Below are positions 55,683-64,000 of a DNA stretch of 64,000 nucleotides, in pieces. Source of the DNA: Eledone cirrhosa (taxonomy: Eukaryota). The first letter of the stretch is position 1. The number at the start of each line of letters is the position of its first letter. The notes under the pieces were generated by a model, which saw nothing but the letters and a program-made list of their open reading frames with translations, made no database searches and was not told where the DNA came from. The DNA is taken from contig OZ024740.1 in the NCBI GenBank assembly GCA_964016885.1, positions 293,818,001 through 293,882,000 of the forward strand, read 5' to 3'. A program made the translations under genes and the position numbers.

Positions 55683-55944
55683 GGTATCATTTGCCAAAAG
55701 AAATCATTTGTTGTATAATAAAGATTGACAAAGAAATACATAGTAACTCATTGATCATGAAATGTGTAACATGTAGGAAACTAAAGCAAAAGCTTTGTGG
55801 GAAAATATGATAATGTAGTTCCATATTCTGTACAAACACATGTGGGTAACATCAAATAACATGGTTTGCCTTTTTCAATAGCATCTGTTGTATGAAGCAA
55901 ATGTGTAACAAAGTGTTTTCTAATATTTGTGAGATACGTTTTGA

Positions 55945-56163
55945 GGCTGAGACAAATTTGCTGAGATACATTCATCAGTGATACATTCATGAGAGGCTGT
56001 GACAAATTTGCTGAGATACATTCATCAGTGATACATTCATCAGAGGCTGTGACAAATTTGCTGATACATTCATCAGTGATACATTCATCAGAGGCTGTGA
56101 CAAATTAGCTGAGATACATTCATCAGTGATACATTCATCAGAGGCTGTGACAAATTAGCTGAC
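55945..56163. repeat. 50-bp minisatellite, about 4 copies
   Basis: GACAAATTTGCTGAGATACATTCATCAGTGATACATTCATCAGAGGCTGT repeated. Confidence 0.9.
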
Positions 56164-57082
56164 ATTACATATTAATGGGTTTGTCACAGTCTCTGTGCAA
56201 CTAAATGTATCAGGTTTGTATCAGACTAAAGTGTTTACATACACTTCTGACAATGCAGTGTAAACTATAAAAAACACAACAGTGTTTATCAAAAACTGAA
56301 AACTGCTCATGATAACTGATTAGCATTTTCAAGATAATGATTATATTGATGAAATAAAAATATTATCTATATCTTCATCATCATCATCATCACCGTTTTA
56401 CATCCATTCTTCCATGCTAGCATGGGTTAGACGGGTTGTCCTATTGTGAGCAGTGCCCAGTCGGCTGATCTTGTCTTCTTCATACGGGAAATGATTCTGG
56501 TTTGATTTCTACAGCTGGATGCCCTTCCTAACACCAACCTCATTTACAGTGAGTGCTGGGTGCTTTTTATCCGTGACACCTACACGACCACTTTACAGTG
56601 TTGGCTGGGTGCTTTTTTGCTGTGGCACCTCCACCACCACTTTGCAAGCTTCGGCTTGTACCCGTGGGCACAATTAATAATTATAGAAAAGACTACATTA
56701 TCCAGAATGATATCATTCATTAACACAATGATAATGGGAGGTATGACTGAAAACATTTTCCAGTTTATGTTTAGACTACAAATTGAAAGTATTCAGTAAA
56801 GGAAAATATTAATAAATGGAACTATATATGATAATGAAAGAATTTTAAAAATTCAGTAATCATAATCTACACTTTGAAAATTGTATGTAGAAATTGAATT
56901 ATGGAGAAAATTACAGAGAAACAAATTTAGGTGCAGGCGGACTCAACTAAAAGATGGTATGATAATGTCTGGAATGATTTTGAACATAGGTCTGTTCAAT
57001 TAGTGCTGACTTAGAGCTTAACTGGAGGATAGAGTGAAGTTTACATATTTACCTCCATGGACATATTCAGTAAATTAATATC

Positions 57083-57925
57083 AAGCTAGCTGTGGACAAG
57101 TGCACCACCATGCATTTTGGGAGTAAAAACCCAGCGTCCACATACTCCCTCCACAACACTACTTTCAAGAAGTCTTCTTGTGAATGTGACCTGGGCATTA
57201 CGGTCAGCAGCGATTTGTGTTGGACAAAGCACATCTCTAAAATTGTCAAGAAGGCCGAAGGTGTCTTAGCATCACTCAGCAAGACCTTTGTCAGCCCCTC
57301 TCCAGCTATCTATTTAAAGCTGTGCATGGCTATGGTGCAGCCACACTTAGAATTTGCATCAGCAGTCTGGAACCCCTATCTTATTCAGAACATTGACTGC
57401 CTGGAAACTGTTCAGAGATGTGCAACCAAGCGAATACCCTCCACCATACTCTGAACGCTTTGCTTCCCTGGGCATGGATACATTGAAGCTCCGACATCTG
57501 GCAACTGACTTGGTAAACACCCACAAAATTATTAACCATCTTGGCAACAACAACCCTGAGTACCTTTTTGATTTTCATGTGTCTAACACACGTGTGCATG
57601 CCCACAAAGTCAGAAAACAGCACAGTTCTCATGACTTTCGGAAACATTTTTTCACTCTCAGAGTTGCTGAAGCATGGAACAAACTACCTGCATCAGTTGT
57701 TAGCTGTCGAAACACTGCATCCTTTATAACCTCCATGCTTCCTGAGATTTGCCAACACTACACCTAATATTCCCTCTCCACACACATACACACATGTATA
57801 TCATGACTCATACACTATTCACTTCCCTGATATTTGTATATTATTCTATGTACTATACATGCACCTTTGACGAGTTGTAGTGCACCTGAGCACTTTACAC
57901 AATAATTTCATTATTATTATTATTA
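57083..57925 (+). mobile_element. CR1 LINE 3' fragment
   Basis: Same family as 1885-2725 (DKCTTMHFGSKNP..CDLGITVSSDL..HLEFASAVWNP); ATT tail. Confidence 0.9.
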
Positions 57926-57930
57926 ATTAC

Positions 57931-58116
57931 GGGCAGTGGATTGGCAGTATCAGTAGAGGGTCGGACGCCATGCTTTCCAGCATAGTTACGTCCCTTTACG
58001 ATCTGAGTTCAAATCCCGCCGAGGTTGACTTTGCCTTTCATCCTTACGGGGTCGATAAAATAAAGTACCAGTAATGCACTGGGTAATTGCTGGCCTTGTG
58101 CCTAAAGTAGAAACAA
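57931..58116 (+). mobile_element. tRNA-derived SINE, family A, at the exon-1 donor
   Basis: Full-length copy flanked by the direct repeat TTATTATTATTAATTAC at 57914-57930 and 58117-58133. Confidence 0.88.
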
Positions 58117-58133
58117 TTATTATTATTAATTAC

Positions 58134-58296
58134 CTTTGTTTGCTCCAAGTAGTTTAGGTAAATCTCCAATTAAAGGCAACCAACTTTTCATGTATGGTAA
58201 GTGCCTAAAATCTGTCAATGATTTCGAATATTTGAGTAGTATATAAAAAGAAGAGCAGAAAATTGTAAGTAATATAAAAATATCAGTGAGCAACAT
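58134..58296 (-). CDS. Cytochrome P450 family 4 (CYP4V-like), first coding exon (membrane anchor plus Pro/Gly hinge)
   Basis: Translates MLLTDIFILLTIFCSSFYILLKYSKSLTDFRHLPYMKSWLPLIGDLPKLLGANK: hydrophobic anchor then LPLIG motif. Ends at AAAG|GTAATT (phase 1), in frame with the 42162 exon. An alternative in-frame ATG lies at 58350 and a possible acceptor at 58425, so the start is uncertain. Confidence 0.8.
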
Positions 58297-58919
58297 GTTT
58301 TCAAACTTCACGCTGCAAAATAATGAGATAAATCTGTGATATATTGTCATGCAGCTATTTAGATAGTGACTAATATTGAAATATAATTGAGGCCAGAGTT
58401 CATCTAACTGGGTCACTAGTTGTCTCTATAGATATGGGAAAATATATTTTATGTTTCTTAGAAATATATATTTTTTAATTTTTACCCTTTTTTAGTGTGA
58501 GAGATACATAATACTTTGCTTACATACAAAATGGACAGTGTATTATAGTGGACATTGTAAATTTGAATGAGTTACGTCCCTTTGCGGTCTGAGTTCAAAT
58601 ACCGCCGAGGTTAACTTTGCCTTTCATCCTCATGGGGTCGATAAAATAAAGTACCAGTAATGTACTGGTTAATTGCTGGCCTTGTGCCAAAAGTAGAAAC
58701 AATTATTAGAAACATTGCTTCATTTTTACATATCTAAGTATTAGTAAAATAACTAATAATTTCAAAAGTAATTTTTCAATTCCAATTGTTATGAACAGCA
58801 AAACATTAATAATAATTTTGTTCTAAGAAATATATATACATTTCTGTGTGTGTAATATATATACACACACAGAAATATATATATATACACACAGAAATAT
58901 ATATACATTTCTGTGTGTG

Positions 58920-58962
<43 letters not shown>

Positions 58963-58988
58963 GAAATATATATACATTTCTGTGTGTG

Positions 58989-59035
<47 letters not shown>

Positions 59036-59584
59036 GAAATATATGGGCATTTCTCTGTCTGTCTGTCTGTCTGTCTGTCCTTCCCTAAAACTCAAATGTA
59101 GGTGCTACAGAAATATTACCTTCCCCTTCCTTTCTCCACTTTGGTACTACCAAGAGAAACACTGTCGCTATAGAAACATTACCTTCCCCTCTCCACTGAC
59201 TTTGGTCACTGAGGCCGAGGGAATCGCTGGTTGCTATAGAGACACCTTGCACAAGCCAGAAGTAACCAGTTAGAGGCGGTTCTGACTTGACACCATGCCA
59301 AGGACCATTTGAAGAGATATTTCCATCGTTATATCATAACGTTTATGTATCATAACGTTTATATTTCCATCACTAATCTCTTTTTCTCCTTTTTCGTTTT
59401 AACATATATTTATTTCAAAGATTTCACCGTATAGATAACATATATATTTATACATGCATAAAAGACACACCGAGAGACGGTGAACATGTGGTGCCGAAAA
59501 CATTTCTCATCCAAATCTCAACAATATCAGTATATACACTAGATTTGCTAGCAGAAAACCGCCCACCGGGTGGTTTTCTGCTAA

Positions 59585-60711
59585 TCTATATATATAAAAC
59601 TGTAGTTGTCTGTGTGTGTGTCTTCATTTTTGCAAAGTCTATACAAATCCACATTTCTACTCAAACTTACATTTATATATTCCTAGCGGTCTAAAGATAT
59701 TAACTGAAGCTTTTATTTTTCAATTTTCTGTTGTTAAAGGGGTGTTAGGTGCCAGTTATCGATCTTCGGTGCGCTCTTATAATATCTGTCTGTATACCTG
59801 GCTGTCTGCATTACGACATTCTGACGAACATTGACGACGTATTATTTTCCGGTCATTGCCAGGGAACGTCTTCAGGAACCAAAGTATCGTCTTCCTGTTT
59901 TCCTTCGGTTGCAACGTTTGTCTAAATATTTACTTCTGCATTCACAGATTGATGTTTTTAGTTTCAGAAGATCCCATTAAGGGTGAAAGCAACGATTCTT
60001 TGCTTAAACTTTACTCTGTTATTTTAATCCATATATATAAAACTGAGGAAGGATGTATGTATGTATGTATGTATGTATGTATGTATGTATGTATGTATGT
60101 ATGTATGTATGTATGTGTGTGTGTGTATGTGTGCGTGGGGGGGGGGGTACCCGAAAAGTACCCAACCGATTTTTTTCAAACTTTACTTGTGTATTATTTG
60201 TTTCCGGGAGTGTTATGCACATACAAAAATTCTACTTTTTGATCCTCTATTAGGTGAAAAACTGCGTTTTTTTTCAGCTTTTTAGGTTTTTTTTTAGGCG
60301 TTACGTGAGACCGATTTCCTTGAAATTGTAACTATGTATTAGTTAGTCTTTTCTTCATACCGTGAGCAAAGAAAATCCAACTTTTTTATGGCCTAGGGTC
60401 CGCATTAGGTGAAACACTTCATATTTTCAGCTTTTTAGGGCTTTTTTGAGGCGTTACGTCTAGCCGAATTTCAAGGCATATTATGCACATAAAAAAAATT
60501 CATTTTCTTGATCCTCTAGGGACCGCATTAGGGGAAAACCTACATTTTTCCTGCTTCATCAAGGAAAATCTTAAAGATTATCCAGCCATCAGAGTATTCG
60601 GTTTATTTTCTTTACATATTGTCCAGGCATGAAGTTTTTCCATGATTAGGTCTGTTGGCGGCCCGCGTTCCAAAATATCTTATCCCATGAAACGCCAGGT
60701 ACCACTGCTAG
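59585..60711 (+). mobile_element. Non-autonomous Helitron-like element(s)
   Basis: 5' end A|TCTATATATATAAAACTG (a second similar start at about 60028) followed by (TG)/(TATG)n and internal tandem sub-repeats; 3' end CCCATGAAACGCCAGGTACCACTGCTAG|T; no TSD. Confidence 0.65.
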
Positions 60712-61689
60712 TACTATTTATAATTATAATAATAATTATTTCTATTGTTGGCACAAGGGAATGAACATATAGAGGGTGGACATGAAATTATAGGGACTTG
60801 GAATGGAATGAAAGTATAGAGGATGACAATGAAATTATGGGGCTGAGAATAAAATTAGAGGAGGTGAGAATGAAAGTAGAAAGGCTGGGAATAAAATTAT
60901 AGTGGACTTGAAATTTATGTGTAGAAGATAGGAAGGAAAATATGGGTGGTTGATATATACATATAAGGGCGTAGGATGAAATTATAGGGGATATATATAA
61001 AACTACAGTGGCTAGGAATGAAACTATAGGGAATGAGAATGAAACAATAGTGACCATGTAGTGTTGACCTGGTTAGGTCTTAATACATGTCTCATGATCC
61101 AGGGACTGTTGATAGACAATGGATCTGCATTAGGAAGATTCTTTCCAAGTTGCAAATCTATGTAAGATTTTTATAAAAACCTATGCATGTAAATCTCTCT
61201 TGTCCATATCAACATTTTCTGCCTATCCACTCATTTAAAATCATATATATGAAAAAAGAAAAAAGAATTAAAATGCCAAGTTAAAAGGCAAAGTGATCTA
61301 ATTAGTGTAGAGTGGATAATATTCACATTAGATTACTTGTTTATCTTAAGTTAAATCATTTCAACCCTCAGATAAAGTGATTTAATTAGTACAAAGAGTA
61401 TATATCCATATTAGATTACTTGGGTATATGTTTATTGGGTTAGATTTTAGTTCAAATCCTCTCATGGTCAGTGAAACAAGTTTCAGAAATTTCATGCAGT
61501 GTATTGGTGGAAGGTTAATATACTTGATATTACTCTTTGCTTTAGCCCATTGTATAGACAAGATGCAATACACTGACTGCCATAGACCATACAGCTGTAA
61601 AATGTTTGCAATTCAGTCAAGTGGTTAATAGAATCTAGGTATAAAAATGTTTGATTCCAATTTGATAAAAAAATATGTGTGTATGTGGA

Positions 61690-62480
61690 ACGCAACCCAT
61701 CTAGGACAGTAATGACTCTGATAAAAAATGACTGCATGGAGCAGACATGGAATCTGTAAGCTGTTGTCAAGGCAACCCATCTAGGAGGGCAGTGATTCCG
61801 ATTAATAACGATGACACAGGACAGAGGTTGGGCAACATAAGCCATAGGGAAGGCAACCTGTCTAGGAGAGTAGACACTCCAAATAAAAACTGATACAGGG
61901 TGGAGAGGACTCTGGAAACCAGTAATACAGCCTCTCTAGTGTTGGTGGCATGAATAATGCACCCAATCCATGCTATAATGTAGTTGGTGATAGGAAAGCC
62001 ATCCAGACAGAAAAACCCTACCAAGGAAACGTGATCAGCACAAGTATGATTCTCAATAATTGTGTATACAAGGCTGACACTAGTTGGTGCTGCACGTGGT
62101 TGTGGGGTGGCTAGAGTAGCCATGTGTGAGAATAGCTTGACCATGATCAACCAACTGCACAACCACTTTCCCTTTCAGAAAGGAACAACTGTCAAGGTAC
62201 AAACCTCAGGACTGCCACCCTCTATGTTGGCACCCTGAAGGTAAATTAAATCAATTTGTGGAACGGTTAGAGAGAAGAGGTGTAGATGTATGCTGTGTAC
62301 AAGCAGTGTGATGGAGGGGTGCCTCAGCAAGACTAATCACAGGCAAACAGATTAGATATAAACTCTACTAGGTAGGAAATGACAATGGGGTAGGTGGTGT
62401 AGGAATCTTACTAGCTGAGAAATGGATATTAAGGTAATAGATAGTTAGAGTAAGTGAGAGTATCGTGAAACTTAGAAAAG
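61690..62480 (+). mobile_element. Degenerate RTE 5' region
   Basis: Repeated GCAACCCATCTAGGA motif, then endonuclease remnants LRTATLYVGTLK, VDVCCVQAV*WRG and GNDNGVGGVGILLAEKW. Confidence 0.7.
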
Positions 62481-63499
62481 CTGTTATATTTAAAAGCACA
62501 CTGCTTGAGTGCTTGTGGTAATCATTATATTTTTTCAATGTGAATATGTTTTGCTAACATGATTCCCTGTTTCATCAGACCTGGCTTACCTCCTCTTTGA
62601 TGTGTGGTCATGCATCACTAAGGAGCTTACTGCTACCCTTACTTGCCACTAGCAACTGAGAGAGCATTATGTATCTTTCATAAGCAGGGAGATGAAACGG
62701 CACAGCGCTGAATTATGTAATGTGTACTATTGTTACCTAATTTTCTGAACATGGCTGCACCTTTCAGTGCATGACCAGTAGTCTGGGCACCATATCATCT
62801 GATCCACACAAAGTCGTTTGCCTCCTTGCATTATTAAGGTCGACTGCATGCAGGAATCAAAGTCGAAGGTGTACTTCAAAGGGTTAAGATACTGGTAAAT
62901 GAAGACAGTGAAAACCATAGAGCATTAATAATTAACACAAAAGGAAAACTATGGTTGTTATTCAAATTCCAGTTGTGATTTCTACAATTGCTTCTTTGGA
63001 GATAAATGTAGTGCCAGTAGAAAGGATCAATGAATCACTTGGTCAAACAGTTAATAATTAATAAGTTAAATGTCACTCAAGGATTAATCCCCATTTCGTC
63101 AGGAAAAAATAGATAGATACATTGAGTTACTTAACACATCCAGAAAAACTAAAGGTAAGCTTTTGAAAAGTGAACAGAACACGTGAGAAATATGGAGCAA
63201 GTGATTTGTGTAATTAGAGAATAGTGTATTAATATAAGCATTATAGATGAAGTTGTATAGTAAGGAAGCATATTGTTAGATGCTGGCATGTTCAGTTTGA
63301 AATAAAAATGCATATTTAGAATGATTATATGAATTATGTGAACATTCTAGTGTACTATGCTTAAAAGCATATTTCACTGTCAATTCTGAATAAAGCCATG
63401 TTGGATAAAGAGTAGAAAAATGAAATAATCAGTACTATGTTATGTGTAATCTTCATTTCTTCCTGCAAATAATGTACAGATATGGCCGGTTTAAATGCA

Positions 63500-64000
63500 A
63501 AAGGGTTAAAAAGCTGCTAATAAAACTTTAAACTGACAATCTTCTAGGATTGCAACAAATCCCCTCACCTCTGCTAATTCTGAAGCAATCCAAACCTCAG
63601 TATTTTCTAATATTGTTGAAAATAGCTCAGAAAGAAAATTTTCGATGGAAGCGTTTTCATCCTTGAGTGTCTATGTAAAGATATTGGATTTCAATGGCTA
63701 GAAATGTGAGATGAAATCAGTTTATGCTGCAAATTAAACAAACGTCAAGCATCCAGCAAGTCGCAGACATAATATGGAACCTTGAACTAAATCAAGCTCT
63801 GGCAGAAGTGACACAATTATTACGCCTGGTTCGGAATATACCTGCCACATCTGCTTCATGTGAGAGATCGTTTACTTCAATAAAGTGAGTGAATAGTTAT
63901 ATGTATTCTCAAATGAAAACCTTTTGAAAATGATGAAGGTAGAGCGTGGTGCTGATACATTTTATAGGAAAGTGATCGATGAATTTGCCAAAAAGAAACG
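63500..64000 (+). mobile_element. hAT transposase remnant (C-terminal dimerisation domain)
   Basis: About 63818-63915 reads LLRLVRNIPATSASCERSFTSIK*VNSYMYSQM, the hAT PATSASCERSFS motif. Confidence 0.75.

Larger units (their letters stand above)
48865..55725 (-). mobile_element. Old RTE 3' fragment that hosts the tandem array
   Basis: Left flank translates YDVCM*SMIFYRSET, VNADDM*SLD*N*FHMLQWMINVNVQE..LGIS*IR and ERRLHRYRHMMYMDDDHCMKK..RKTW; right flank LLYNK*FLL..DTCM*SVMLYGSKT. Both are colinear with RTE ORF2 at about 38350-38720. Confidence 0.8.

Noticed and set aside
55945-56163. Tandem hammerheads (CTGATGA twice per 50-bp unit on the minus strand)
   Set aside because: No GAAA half-core or stem III could be placed; treated as a plain minisatellite.

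Overview
AT-rich eukaryotic genomic DNA, very likely an animal. The SINE/RTE/Dong/CR1/Penelope content and abundant (TA)n/(CA)n repeats suggest a coleoid cephalopod such as Octopus (inference). The only host gene I can support is a minus-strand cytochrome P450 of family 4 (CYP4V-like). Seven coding exons lie at 58134-58296, 42050-42162, 29592-29677, 21181-21371, 18255-18324, 9599-9725 and 5288-5467, all with GT-AG junctions and compatible phases; the remaining exons are presumably off the left edge. Its 3-16 kb introns are filled with nested transposons: RTE, Dong/R4, CR1 and CRE LINEs, two Penelope-like elements, tRNA-SINEs, a short LTR element and hAT/Tc1/foldback MITEs, with Helitron and hAT remnants upstream. 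Most notable: (1) a ~6.4 kb 52/60-bp tandem array whose monomer is a piece of RTE ORF2 coding sequence amplified in situ, with a 1048-bp higher-order repeat and an LTR element inserted into it; (2) hammerhead ribozyme motifs in the Penelope 3' regions, oriented sense to the P450 pre-mRNA; (3) a SINE insertion whose target-site duplication copied the exon-1 splice donor. No rRNA, true tRNA gene or CRISPR array was seen. Most ORF-track entries are microsatellite or antisense artefacts.
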